A stretch of 61,988 bases of DNA, the filler included, from Basidioascus undulatus (taxonomy: Eukaryota): assembly GCA_000826855.1 (NCBI GenBank). It is 6 parts of 6 records of this genome, joined end to end, with 100 filler letters (N's around TTAATTAATTAA, not from the genome) between each part and the next. Parts side by side here need not be neighbours in the genome. Positions count along the whole stretch, not along the records: positions 31,067 to 41,308 come from JTLS01001158.1; positions 41,409 to 51,649 come from JTLS01001159.1; 4 more parts are not named here. One strand, 5' to 3'. The position numbers and the translations under genes are program-made. Positions 34,435 to 47,380 of the stretch are shown here, in pieces. The notes beneath the pieces are model-generated. The model did no database searches. It was given only the letters and a program-made list of their open reading frames with translations, and had not been told where the DNA came from. The number at the start of each line of letters is the position of its first letter. The first letter of the stretch is position 1.

Positions 34435-36747
34435 TCAGATGTCCAAGAACTTCTTGAGCTTCTTCGCGTCCACGTTCGGCAGGGTCAGGCGGAACGCCAT
34501 GACCTGGAAGAACCCACACATAAACGAAAATTTCAGAAACGCGCTTCGTGTTTTTTGGGGGTACAAAAGCGAACAGAGACGTACCTGTGTGTCAACATTT
34601 CGGCCGTGCGGGTCGTTGTACTTCTCCCCAAGCGAATGCCCGTCGACCGTGATATAGTCGTTGTCGGCGATGGTGATCAGGATGTAGTCGTGAGGGTTCT
34701 GCTCAATTCAATCAACCATAATTCCGTTGAAAACCTTACAGGCGCAGCCGGTAGAAAGCGAATCAACGGACCTTCTCGTCCAAAGCAGGCGCCAGGACTA
34801 AACTCTCCCACTTAGCGGAGATCAGACCGTCGTCGAGCTTGTCGTCGTTGTGCAGGCCGAAGCGCTCCAGCTGCTTGGTATCCAGGTAGTTGACTAAGGG
34901 CTTATAGGGCGGGCTTGATGTCCTCGGCGAGCTTGTCGTCTGGGGAGATGGCGGCGTCGGAGCCGGAGTACTTGGTGTGCACGAGGTCTGAAAATGCGGA
35001 GATCAGCTCCCAGTCGCTGTTGAGCGTGAAGATTTGAGAAAGACGTACTAGTTGCCTCAGAGATTGTCGATCAGGTCGGCTCCCTTCTTGTCGGACTTGT
35101 GCTCGCTGCAGAAAGGGGCGTGCTTTCAGCCACTATTTTGAATACCTGTTTGCAAAGAAGCGCCATCATGCCTGTCTCCTGTAGGATTCAATTAATCATA
35201 GTCAGCGGATATTCAGGAGGACCAGTTTGGAAGAAGGCGAGCGCACCGTTCCCGTTTCCATCGCGGCTCAAAGTCGGGAAAGTGTTGTCGTCGAGGTAGA
35301 GAAGCTCGCTGGTTGCCCGGGCCTTGTCCTTCTTGCTCACAGGCAGCTGTGAAAAGAAAAGACCTTTCATCAGCATCGAGGTTTAATGTCTTCACCAGCC
35401 CTCGAAGACGAAACGCACCTGCACGACCCAGTGCCCGGTCAATTTGACGTCCTTCGCGTTCGAGATGTCGTACCGCAGGAGGCGCGTGTTGGCGTTGTCC
35501 TTCTCGCCCGCCTCGACGGAGTCCTGAATCGCGCCGCTCTGCAGGATCGCGAAGAGCGCCTTGCCCTCATGACTGCCCCAGCCCCCGCCGCGTAAGCCTG
35601 GGCAGTCCCTTACGAGTTTGAAGTAGATTCAGGCGCACGATGCAGTGAGGCCCTCGAAGCCTTGGTTACCCGTCCGACCGGACTTGCCATCCGTCTCGGA
35701 CGTAAAGTTCAGCTCATCCTCGTGGTAGGGGAGGAGGGCTTTGGGCCTGGGGGAAGACAACCGCCATGCGCGTCAGAGAAATGTGGACATGACAGAGTAG
35801 GCGGAAGACGAGTACGGGCTGACGGCGGACAGAATGGTACCGTTCTTCGCGACATGGTAGATGAACGGCCCATACTGAAAGATCAGGGATATTCTTTCAG
35901 CAGGCAGTCATGGAAATGTTGCTCGATGCTTAAAGCAGCTCTCACCTCGTCTGAGATCTACCAGGAAGCGCATCCGGTCAGAATACGACCGACTTTCGCA
36001 TAGATAATTTCGATCAATCCACTTACCCAATACGTTGCATCCTTCTGGTCTACAGCGATACCCTCCGACTCGATTGCCAGCCGGTCCTCGTGCGTGACGG
36101 GCAGATCCGGCCACTGGTCGTCGGCTTTCCGGACGTGGAGCGGATCGAGACCAGTAGCCTCCTTGCCGCCGCGCTCCTTGTACTTGATCGAGTCGAGGTA
36201 CTTGAGCTCGAGCGACTCAGCGCCGTCGTTGAGGCTCTGCTTCGAAGCGCTGTAGTAGGGCGACAGAGAAATGTGGAGGCGGTGGTGCCGCGGGGGGTAG
36301 TTGATAGTGCCTTTTCGAATCGAAGTTTGTTAGAACGGTGTCCGAAGATTAAACAGATTTGGAAAAGTGGAAAGCCCACCTTGGGTATTGTGTCCTGTCC
36401 TAACATAACAATCAAGTCAGTCAGCAAGGAGCTTGGTATGTATAAGAAACTTGCGCACCTCGATCCGGCTGCGAGATGATGACGCCCTCGTAGCTGCCGT
36501 CCTTCTTTCGCTTCCAGCTCCCACGCTCAAGGGCAGCGGCACTGCCCAGACCGCCGAGCGTGTCCCCGAACTGGTCGACCTTGTCGGCGGCGAAGCGGCC
36601 CGCCGCAACGAGGCCGTGGTTAACGAACTTGTGGCCGCTGAAATCGACTGTAGTCGCGAGCGAAGAGTCGAGCGCGTCGCCGTAGGACCTCTGCGTCGGG
36701 GCGGCGAGCGCGAGAGGCCCGAAGAGGAGAAGAAGAGAGGGAAGCAT
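34435..36747 (-). CDS. Secreted phytase-like esterase (beta-propeller), apparent frameshift near 34907
   Basis: Signal peptide MLPSLLLLFGPLALA. FVNHGLVAAGR, DQFGDTLGGLGS, QPDRG, NQGFEGLT, ILQSG, NTRLLRYDI, KWESLVLAP, ADNDYIT. Stop at 34435. Confidence 0.82.
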
Positions 36748-37249
36748 AGCAGTGAGTGTGTGAAGAAAACGAGTGATCGACCGAGAGTGAAGAAACGAAA
36801 GAGATGAGGGAAAACAACGAACTTGCTAGCGATGGTCGTGTGTCTTTTATCCCGTCAGCCTCCACGTCCGGTATTCCTGCGTAATCTGCACCAGCTCGCA
36901 CCTCTACCCTGATCATTGTGGACTGTACGCGTATCATCGGCGGGCGAGTCCGAACGCTTTGAGGACGAGCCGGGCACCGCTGCAAGCGACTGCGAAAGTT
37001 GAATGCACGTGCACGCGGTCAGTTTGGATGACAGCCCGAATGCGAAACGTACACCTCTGCCATGCTCAATCAAACAGTTATATTAATATTGCGAACGTCG
37101 CTTTTCGTAGGATATGTAAGAGCCTCCCAGGATAGGAAGAGCTCACCAAGCCGATGAAAGAATACAGACGGAGATTTGCTACAGCAGCACACGCTGGGTG
37201 GGTGTTTCTTTCACTCACTTTGGCGGTTCGCAAGCTTCCGTCGCAACCT

Positions 37250-38637
37250 CCTGCATTAAACAATCAGGAGTTGCAACAGATTTTGGTGTGCTTTGAAGAG
37301 TATCTTGGCGCCTCCCTTCATTACGCCACAGCACCCATACGACGTCGGCATTCCCATCTTCAAGGGGTTACGCAATCCCCATATGCGCAGCGCTTGCCAA
37401 GAGTCGTCTTCCTCCCAAAGCGCAGAAGCTGTGTCTTCGGATAGTCGCGAAGCGAGCTTCAGATGTTGCGTATTTCGTTGCACCAAAGCTCTACAACCGT
37501 CATTGCTTTCCCACTATCATTGTTTACCGATTCCGGAGCTTTCTGGCAGTCAGAACATGTGCATGCTTCTAGAAGCCTTGGCAGGCGAGTGCTGTTTTCC
37601 TCCGTCCCGGACGCTCATTCATGAACTTCAACGCCGCGTCATGACTGTCCTCGGATCCTCAGACCGCCGTTGCCTAAGCAGGACAGCTGATTAAAGCGGA
37701 TGCTGCCAGTATCGGCAATATGTAAGCATAAGTGCACCAGCGGTAGTGGACGGGGCGTTGGAACGTCGAGCGTCGAGAACCATGCTCCGGTCCCACGCAG
37801 TTGAAAACGAAGTTTGCATTTCCCACGTCCTGCAAGAAGGGCGAAATCAGTTAACCCAATCGCAAATATAGAACACGGTGGGCAATCTGATTGGCGTGCA
37901 AGAAAGCCAGTCCCTGCGCAATGCTTAGGGAGGTCAAGATAGGAACGCGCAGCGTAAGAAGATGACGGCGGTCTGACTGACAGGAATCAGCTGCTGGAAA
38001 CATTCCAACACTTCGCTGAGTGTTTAAAACTCAAGCCTACGCCTCCCGACACCCTGGGCATGACGGCAAAGACGAGCCGGTCCGAACGCAGGACGTCCAA
38101 GAAGGGGACCACGAACTTGTCGTTCCCGGCGGTAGAGCGAAAGTACTCCATGAGCTCGAGCTCAGAAGTCTCGTAGTCTTCAACAACGACCAGAAGATGA
38201 CCTCCTGATTTGCCAAGTTGCGAGCGGCGAAGATGCGAGGCGACTGGAAGCACGTCTCGGCATCAACTTTTCAACACCAGCGCGCCCAGTTGAAGAGTAA
38301 TGAGACATACCGATTGCGAAAGATGCATCGCCCGCCCGCTGAGACCATGATCTGCTCGACCCATTCGTCCTCGGTCGGGGTGTCTTCGGGCGGATAGTTG
38401 AGGAGCGCGAGGCCGATGTCGATGTCGCTTATAGAGTGAGTCGATGTCGCTTATAGAGTGTAGCGCCGAACCAGGGCCGGAGACCTTCTCACAGTGCCTG
38501 GCGAGCCCGCAGGCTTCGTCGAGATCTCGCCAGGCGGCCAAGCTGGCAGGAAGAGTGACCTGTGCGTGCGTGAGCCAACTTTTCAGCGGGTGAGGAGGAA
38601 ATGGAGGCCCACTCAAGGGCGGTAGCACATACGACAT
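37250..38637 (-). pseudogene. Degenerate fungal protein kinase-like gene
   Basis: ELELMEYF, VVPFLDVL...FAVMPR, GLAFLHANQIAHR|DVGNANFVFN (HRD loop). Frameshifts and an internal 22-bp duplication at 38418-38460. Confidence 0.6.
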
Positions 38638-40290
38638 TCTCCGGATCGTGGAGGGGAAGTATTTACCGGAGGTACGACTCACTCCGCAGTTTGTAGTGGG
38701 AGAAGAAACAGAGAGACGCGAGCTTGGAAGTCAGTGGAATCGTGTCGTTACTGTATCAACACTGTGGAGAGTCGGGCTCCAGATTATATGTAGCCGAAAA
38801 ATGTTGCCAAGAAATAAAATATGTCGACGGGCTACATATACTCTGTGCCTTGCGACGATCAGATCACTGCCGGGGCTGCGCAAAAAATGTTTTGTGTGGT
38901 CCATAGATAATCAGAGCCTGAGCCCCAAAAAAATCCTCCCATGACTACGAATTCCCGTGCAACGCTATTGGGTCCAGACAACAGAGTTATTTGTTGCGTG
39001 GCAACATATTTATTAGCGCCCGCATGCCAACTTTATGGTGTTGGTCTGCAGACACTGAGACTGTCGGGCTGCTCATTTTCTGAGCCGCAGCGTCAGCTCT
39101 TCGGAGAATACGCCCACACACGCAGGCAATAAATGGAATGCGGACATCGCATTTATCGTGGGTATCATGTTCGTCAAAGAGGCTCTCAAGCTCAAGCGTC
39201 AAGCAGGTCCCCCCGGCCCCACGGCCAAGTTGCAGCCCCTCACGATCCCTTGCGCTTGCGCGAGCTCTGGCGGGTGCGAGGGGTAGGCGTCTGCGGGATC
39301 AGATGGGCCAGTCAGCATTGTCCTCCTGTTTAGTCTGAAAGGAAAGTGTGACCCACCTGCTTCTTGTTGTTGGTCTTCTCCTTCTTCTCCGTCGCTTCCT
39401 CCGGCTCGGACCCCGACTGAGGACCGGCAGACATCGTCAGCGAGAGGAGGGAATGGATGATCAGGAATGAACGCACCTCATCATCATTATCACCGTCGTA
39501 GAAGCTGGAGTATAGCATGTTTTTGAGCGCGGGTCCGAGGTCAGGAGAAGGGGAATGGGGGGGAGGAAGGGGAGGTGTGAGGAAGATGGGGTGTGGGGAT
39601 GGGAGCGGGGATGGGCGGAGGGATGGACGGTGGGCGTGCGGTGGATGAATGATGGAGGGGTGACAGATGGGCAGGATGAGCGGTGGTGGATTGGCCGTGG
39701 ATAGACAGGACGAAAGATGGAGGAAGGGGAGAAGAACGGGGAGGAGAAAGGGGAGGAGCGCACCGGCGGGTACGCTTGCGCGCGACGTGCTTGCCCGTCC
39801 CACCGAGGACCTTGTCGATGCTGCAAGGCTGAGTTAAGCCAAAAATCTCCTCCCTCCAAGCCTGGAAAGCGAAGAGTGAGACGAGCAAGACGCACCTGTG
39901 CTCCTCCGCTGCTGCCGCCGCCGTAATCCCATCCTCATCCTCCTAGTCCTCATCCAGCGCCTGTAACGCTCGATGGATGAGAGCTACAACCTGGGTATCG
40001 ACTCTGTCGAGGCGCGCTGCTATAATCAAACCATAGCATGTTGAAAAGCATGAAGCTTGGGATCGCGTTCAGGAGTGCGAGTGATGTCGTTGGATAACGG
40101 CGAAGATGTGCAACGCGCAATGTGCAACGCACAACGTGAACTCCCATGTAAACAGGCATGGCGGTCAGAAAGGCGTGACAGGCATTCTTGTGCTGTTTGA
40201 CGGAGGCGACACAAGTCGCCAGAGGGTGACATCAAGTGTCATTGCATCAGAGGTTAAAACAAGGATGCAGCCCCACAAACAGCGGTACAT

Positions 40291-41300
40291 TCATTGCAGG
40301 TCCCCCGGCCTCCCCAATCTGGATCCTCTGGCCAGAACCATCAACACAGATAAGCCCCTCGCAGGCCTTCGCAAGCTTGCACACGATAACAACCCAAAGT
40401 AGGACCCCTCCTCATCAATATCATCGTCGTCAGTCTCGAAACTGATGACCAGGTCGTTAGAGGTCTCGACGCAATGCAGTGATGGGAAGTTCGATCGATT
40501 CAGCTTTCTGATATTCTTGACCACCGCGGCTCCTGCGCCATGTCCCAAGAGCGGTGTCCAAGCTATGACTTCGAGCGTTGGATGAAGCAATTTCGAGAGG
40601 TCCAAGTGACCAAGAGTGGACCAGTGCACAGCAAAGTTACGCAGCGAGGGACACGTTTGCGAAAGGAGAGGGAAGGGCGGACCAACGTTCAGGCCGGAGA
40701 GATCCAGGCACAAGAGTTTGTGCCCAATGGCACGAATAACGGCTTCAAGCTGAGAACGAGATATCACGGCGTTGATAGGCGCAACCCGAGATCCTCGAGT
40801 ACTGTTGGTTGGTAACGCGATAAAAGGTCAAGAAAGCTGTTATGTATTCCTCGGAACTCCAGGAGCGATATACACATGCTGTGCACAGAGCGAAGTGTGG
40901 GTAGGATCAATGTGTCACCTTCACTGTCGGGCCCCGCAGTGGTTGCGTGAACAAAAAAGAGAGGGAGATAAACCAGCAAGGTAAGTTGAGATACGATCGA
41001 GAAAGTTTCGGCAGGCGAGCAACATAGTTTAGATCGAGACTGCGAAGAGTTGATGCGAATGGCCCCGGCAACACAGCAGTGAGGACACTCTGAGTAAGGA
41101 CTCCAAATATGCACCAAAAGTGTGATGAGCCCTGTAATCCGAGGGACAATCGGAAGAATATGGTGAACGTAGCTCGAATGTACAGACAGATTCGAGTCTG
41201 GGAAGTAGCTGTCGAGAAGGGAGAGGTTGTCATGAACGTCTTAACAAATATTCAATTCTCGACAACTGTCAAACCTTGCCACCTCATTTTACGCTCTCAC
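40291..41300 (-). CDS. Leu-rich hypothetical protein, paralogous in style to 6087-7250; 5' end lost at contig edge
   Basis: IRAIGHKLLCLDL...CPSLRNFAV...LLHPTLEVIAW aligns by eye with IRNLGPSFFGLAL...CTRLQYFGL...ICHPSLQFLDF. Confidence 0.35.
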
Positions 41301-41308
41301 CCTTTCCC

Positions 41309-41408
41309 NNNNNNNNNNNNNNNNNNNNNNNNNNNNNNNNNNNNNNNNNNNNTTAATTAATTAANNNNNNNNNNNNNNNNNNNNNNNNNNNNNNNNNNNN
41401 NNNNNNNN
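41309..41408. other. Artificial contig linker
   Basis: N44-TTAATTAATTAA-N44. Confidence 0.98.
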
Positions 41409-42817
41409 ACTCCCCCATGCCCCTTCCTCTACCTCCCTCCTCACACCTCCACCACCCCCACTAACTCCCTCCCCCCCGCGAGCACAGCAAATGACCGCCG
41501 CTGGCACCTCCGACCCGACGACCCCTGCGGGGATAAAAGCCTCCGACTTCATCCTCGACAAGATCACCGACGCGCGGAAAGTCCTCGGCACCGACCTGGG
41601 CCACGCGGACCTCAAGTTCGGCACGGCTGATGCGGGCAGCGCGGTCAGCGCCAGACTGTGCGCGGGGGCGGATTACGTTATGGCTAATGTACGTCGCGCG
41701 CGGAGGGCAGGGCGTGAAGCGGGGGGAAGGAAGCTGACTGGGATTGGGATTGGGAGGGACAGGTTCACCCGTGGTTCGGGTCCGTCGACGCACAGGGCGC
41801 GGCGGCGTGGACGTGGAACTTCTTCCAGGAGTTTGATGTGCATTCAATTCCTCCCCCGTCCCCCTCTTTCTCTTTCCCCTCCTGCCTCAACCCCTTGCTG
41901 ACCCGGCCACCGCGCGGCTCGACAGGTGGACGTCTGCGCCCAAGCCTCGAACAACCCTGACGTGTCCGTCTGCTCTCCCACACTCCACTAGCGTTGATGG
42001 TGATTGGTGGTGATGATGGACGCTATGTGGGTGAGACAGGTACATTGCCGAGACCGGGTGGCCGACAAACGCCATGACCGAGGCGGAGCGGTACAACGAG
42101 AACGCGCACTCGGAGGCGAGCGATGCAAATCTGCAGGTGTTCCTTGAGTACGCTTTGCTTCCTTTCCTTCCTTCTCTCTCCCCCTCTACCCTCTTCTCTG
42201 CTCGCCCTCCTTGTTTTCCCGCTACTCCTCTTATCCCATTGCTGGTTGGATACCACGGGCTGATGGCTGACGATCCCCCGCCGGCGCGGCGTGCAGCACC
42301 TTCGTCTGCCAGGCCAACAACAACGGGACGAAGTACTTCGTGCGTCTTCCTCTTACCCTTTTCTCTTGATGATTGGGATTGTGAGCTGGAAGCTAATAAT
42401 GCGGAGGAACGGGGATCCAGTTCTTCGAGATGTTCGACGAGATGTGGAAGGTCCAGGTGCGTTTGCCGTGAAATTCGGGGTGGCGTTGTCGGTTCTTACG
42501 GTCAAGGGGGTGAGGCAGTTCGGGAATGGTGCATTTAGCTGCCTTGGGCTATGTTGGGCTAGAAAGGCAGGAGTACTGAACCGCTTTTGGATACGCAGTT
42601 GAGCCGTATTGGTACGTGAACCGGACAGGCAGAGAAACGGTTGGCGCTCGAGCTGATGCATTCCTTCTACTGCCGCAGGGGCCTATTCGGGGAGAACAAG
42701 GTACGTTTGGGTTTCCAGCTGCTAACCTAGGTCTTCGAGTCGACTGGCTGACTATCTCGTAATCGACCGCAGATCCTCAAGCCCGGCCTCAAGATCCCGG
42801 CCTGCTCGCACCCCTGA
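41409..42817 (+). CDS. GH17 beta-1,3-glucanase, C-terminal part (5'-truncated), no GPI tail
   Basis: FGTADAG, GADYVMAN|VHPWFG, AWTWNFFQ, YIAETGWPT, NLQVFL|DTFVCQAN, FFEMFDEMWK, EPYW, GLF, KIPACSHP*. Confidence 0.88.
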
Positions 42818-44999
42818 TCTCACGCCCACGACAACGACACTCACCGCACTCGCTTCTCAACTCACGAACCTTAAGACACTGCTTCCTTTTTGCTTGTTTA
42901 TGAGTATCAGTAGGACTTTTGTGCTTGCTTGGTTATGGCGCGGTGGAACTATGCGACTTCCGGGACAGTCTTGCCACCCCTTCGTTATTCATTCGCTATT
43001 TACTTCTTTACTAGCTTGTTTTTTTAATTTTTACGTTACTTTCTTATTTAATCGATGCTGACACGCCGCTTTGTTGTGAGCGCTACCGAGCACTACGAAA
43101 AAAAGATCCAGCTGTCATCACTGTGGGTTCGAATTTCGATGTAAACGCAAGCGAGGCAATTGTGCTTTACATGCTATGCAGAATCACTTGTCCGTTCGGC
43201 GCAAAAAGTACACTCCCATCCACACAGTTCCTAGGCAGTATCAAGCGACAACGTCTTGTTCTAGAAAGGCTTCTCGGCCATCGCTGCGATGCGCACGCAG
43301 TGCCGGCGCTCATCGCCTGCAAACAGAAGACAGCGACGTTCAGCGTCCCGCAAACGCTTAGCCAGGGCATATGGCAGCTTCCGAAAAACCTACTTTTGAA
43401 GTCGTACGTTGCGGTGTGGGCAATAACACGGCTGGGGTGGGGGATCAAGCGTTATCTGGGTTCGTAGCTGCTGAGACTGGTGTTTACTTTTCTGTGTGGG
43501 GAAGTGGTGGTCAGCGATAACCAACGAGAGAGATCAAGGCGATTGAAGAGTACCTCAGACCACGACTCTGCCGGGATCGTACTTGGCTCGAGCTGAGGAA
43601 AGTGCATAGGAAGCAAATCAGCGATCCATCTGCGGCCTGTGGCCTGTCGTGGTGTACCTTGGAAGTCGCCGCCCTGCACCCCACATTTAAAAGAAACAGG
43701 GTTGGTGCAGTATACTGACGCTGATGAGCACATCGTTGAGGAATTTGTAGAGGTAGTCCGACTCCTCTCCTTCAAGCCGTGATCCGCGTTGCGTGGGCGG
43801 TATGGATGTTCAGGATCTTCTGACCGGTCACCTAGGAACAGGCATGCTCATCAGAATGAGTTGCAAAGATCTCAAGCTGCTAATTTTACCGGGTGCGTGC
43901 GAACTTCTAAGAAGCAGGTGCCAGCTTCGCGGCGGCTGGGACATGGGCGTGTGCCAACACACACACTCAGCGGGTGAAGCGTTTCGAGCGGCTCAAAGCG
44001 CGCGGGACTGCCATTAGGCTGAGTGCTGGGTTATGCTCTGAACCGCAAAGAAAGTTAAAACCGCAGCTACTCAATATGAGCCACTATAGCTCACCCTGTT
44101 GGTGTTCACGGTTTGAAGGCCCTCAAGGCGCTTCTTGAACTCGTTGGAGAGCTGCAGAACGGGTTGGTGAGTTCTAGATTGGACCAATGAGACTCAAGTT
44201 GGATAACTTTACCCTGTAACCTCCGTCAAAGAAATGAACAGCGTGTCGCCGCCCGACTTTGCGGGCATGTGAGCAAGGCTGGGCGGTACAGTGGGTCACG
44301 GACTACGCACCGGCGGCGTCTCCAACGCAAAAAAGAACGTGATTCCCGGCGGTTGACGCTCCACAGGGCGATCAACATGCCATTGGACGCTTGAAATTCG
44401 TGGAAACTGAGCGTATCGCCTGGTGGAAATGGAGAAGCTTGAGTGCTCGGAGATCGAAGCGAGAGGCAAAAGTGGTAGCGAGCAAGCACCCACGCGATCG
44501 TGCTGTCCTTCAGGTCCCGGCACACGACATGCATCTGTGTTGAATAAACTGTAAATATCGGATTATTCTCCCCAATTGTAAGACACAACGGTCTCATACC
44601 TCCGGATATCTTTCAGGATGACCCTGCAACGCCTTCTGTGAGCCAACCGAGAACCCCTGTGGATGAAATCAATTTCCATGCCGGCGAAAAATTAGGATCA
44701 ACGAATACATTCATGCTCACTTAAGGGGTACATTGCGTTGGAACGTACCGGATGGATGTGCAGAGGTCCGAAATTGGACAGTCTCCAGCTGCCGCTCGGG
44801 ACAGATGTCCTTGAAGTCTTGCTCGCGGCTGGACCGTGGCTGTCAAGAAGAACGCCAGTTGAAAGGGTTTGTAGTGTACTCACGAAATGAGCAGACCACG
44901 CTCAGCAGCAAGCAAAGCGAGGCCACAGTGACCTGGCAAAAGACGCGGGCGTTACTGGAGCGCAGCTTACACCGTTCCAAAAGTTCAAAATCTGGTTTC

Positions 45000-47380
45000 T
45001 TCTTTCCAATCCAGAGTGGTCTGAAGAAACCCGTCTTGAGAAGTCGCTACTCAGACGTCTTGATGTGAGTAGTGTACCTGCGCACTGAGGATGCGACTCT
45101 AATGTTGTGCTTTGTCGGCAGACGTTCTTTGTATCCTGTGCGTATCACGAGGATATACAAAGTTGATGCGATAGGGGATTCCAACATCCCATCCTTACCT
45201 GATTTTGGGCGGGAAGACATATGCTTGTCGGCAGTCGTGAAGTACCTCGACCAAACCAATATCTCGAATGATATGTTAGGTGAGCCTTTGAGACCGTATC
45301 AACGTCGGAATTGTCTCTGATCAGAACCATTCTGCGGCATGACGGAAGATATGCGTAGATCACACTCCCGCGTTCCGGCGAAGGGCTGCTGTAGAGTGAA
45401 CCGCAAATAGCTCAAGCTGTATGGCAACGAGCTGAACTACTTCACGACGTATTTCAACATCGGATGTACGTACCCTCTTCTATGGTCTGGCTTCTATTCA
45501 CTCACATTCAAGGCTACCAGACATTATCTGATTTCCTTCTCGTCCTGGGTGATGAAGAAGACGAATCGTCCTAGCATCCGGCTTCCTACTCTCAAACGTG
45601 CGTAGTTAGCCTCCCGACGCTTTCCTGAGTTTTGAAACGTTTTGACTGAGTACATACCTCCCATAAGTCATTCGTAATCTCTCGCCGTACTCCCAGGGGG
45701 CGCCACTCTAACCAGTACCATTCTCAGGGGGCGTTTTGACGGCTGTCTAGCAGCCGCAAAAAGCGTGCACGCAGTCTGTGAGTTTGCTTTCCCATTTGGT
45801 TGTGCATGTTCTCTTTTTTTTTGCTTCTTTGGAAAGCGGTGACTTACCCTGAAAGAGGGAAAAGAAGGCATACGGTTCCTGATTGGCTTTGCACCGGCTA
45901 CGGCGGTTCGTCAATGCTTCCCCTCTTCAATGCAGCTTATTGACAAGTATCTTTGTCTAATATAATGACCTTGAAGTATGTCACCATTTTAAGCAAATAC
46001 TTTCTCTAGCGCACTAAAACTTTCATCTCTCCCTGAGCCATGGTGCTTCTGTTGAGCTGGTGAGCGCACCACGCCACTTGTGTCACCTCTTCCCAACCTC
46101 CTTGCATATCCTTACACCTTTTTAAGGTATACGTAGAAGGAATTAGGTAAACGCTTGGCCTGTTATCAGGCTTTCACAACTCTGGGTGGCACTTTCTCGG
46201 GTGCCCTGCAGTCGGCATTGTGCACGAACTTGTCCGTGATGCTTGGCAGATTACAGGCCCAAGGATTTGCTTAACCCTTGCAACTCATTTTTGTAGAAAT
46301 GGCAAGGGTGGAATTCACGGATGGCAGTGGGTAGGTCAAGACGCATCACGGATCGCGACGTCCAGGTTGTGTGTGAGCTGCCGGGAATCTCTCTTCTACA
46401 GCTCTTCGTCGTCAATTCCCGTACATCATCTCCGATCCCTCTCCACTGACCACTTAGGCTTGAGCCTACAGCTATCACTGTTGTCGTCGCCTTCTAGGGC
46501 TACTTTGCATGTCCGGACTACCCGAATCAGGTACAGTTACCTCGTAGTGAGCACACCATTGAAAAGTGACTGAGGCTCAAGCACATCTACAGCCCAACCT
46601 TCTTGGAAAGTGGTGTATTCAGGAGAAGCACGTACAGGTGGGCTTGAGGCGTATGGAGAGGGAAGAGGCAAGCTTCCCAGCGGCTGGACCAAAGCAAACG
46701 TCTTGGCTTCGATCAAGTCCTGGCAGCTTTACGTGTGTATGTACGCATCAAATCAATAATCATGATCTTGGAACGGATATTGTATATCCGCAGGCTATTT
46801 GGCTAGCTCACGAGTACAGTTCTTGTCGTAGACCGCATGGGAGATGCGGGCGGTGACGAGTGGACCCTCACGGCAGGATGAATGCTCAAGCCGGGCCGGA
46901 ACGAGTAACATTCAAGAGTCTCTGGCTGAAAAGTCTCAAGAATCCGGACGGTACCAACGCTACACCGTTTCCCACCTGAAGTGAGTTTACGGGAGGACGC
47001 AAGCTGGACGTGACTGACCCTTGAACCTCGGCCAGTACGATTCCCATTGCTTGTGAGCCTTGGAAATTCTGAGAGTATCAAAGGACATATCCTCACAAAT
47101 ATTCTGTCATCTAGGAAATGTGGTGAGTCGTGACCCACACTGAGGTCCTTGGAGACCCAGGCTGATGTGCGGGGCGCTCACAGATCAACATCCTCTTCCT
47201 GTTCTTCTACTGAGCATCTCCGACTACTGAGGAAAGCAGTGGCCCTTGCGTAATTCAACACCTTCCTTCACTCTGGCTGCTACCAAAAGCTCACTCTAAG
47301 TAAATCAGTCTATATCATCGCCGCCGTCGGCATCTTTTTCATGGGAGCTATGGCAATTTCAGAATTTCAGAATGATCAGA
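45000..47380 (+). pseudogene. Degenerate MFS (ACS family) pantothenate/allantoate-type transporter
   Basis: Scattered residual motifs KYLDQTNISN (~45240), LKLYGNELNYFTTYFNIG (~45410), RPS..LPT, FLIGF (~45875), NGKGGIHGWQW (~46300), separated by stops and indels. Confidence 0.65.
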
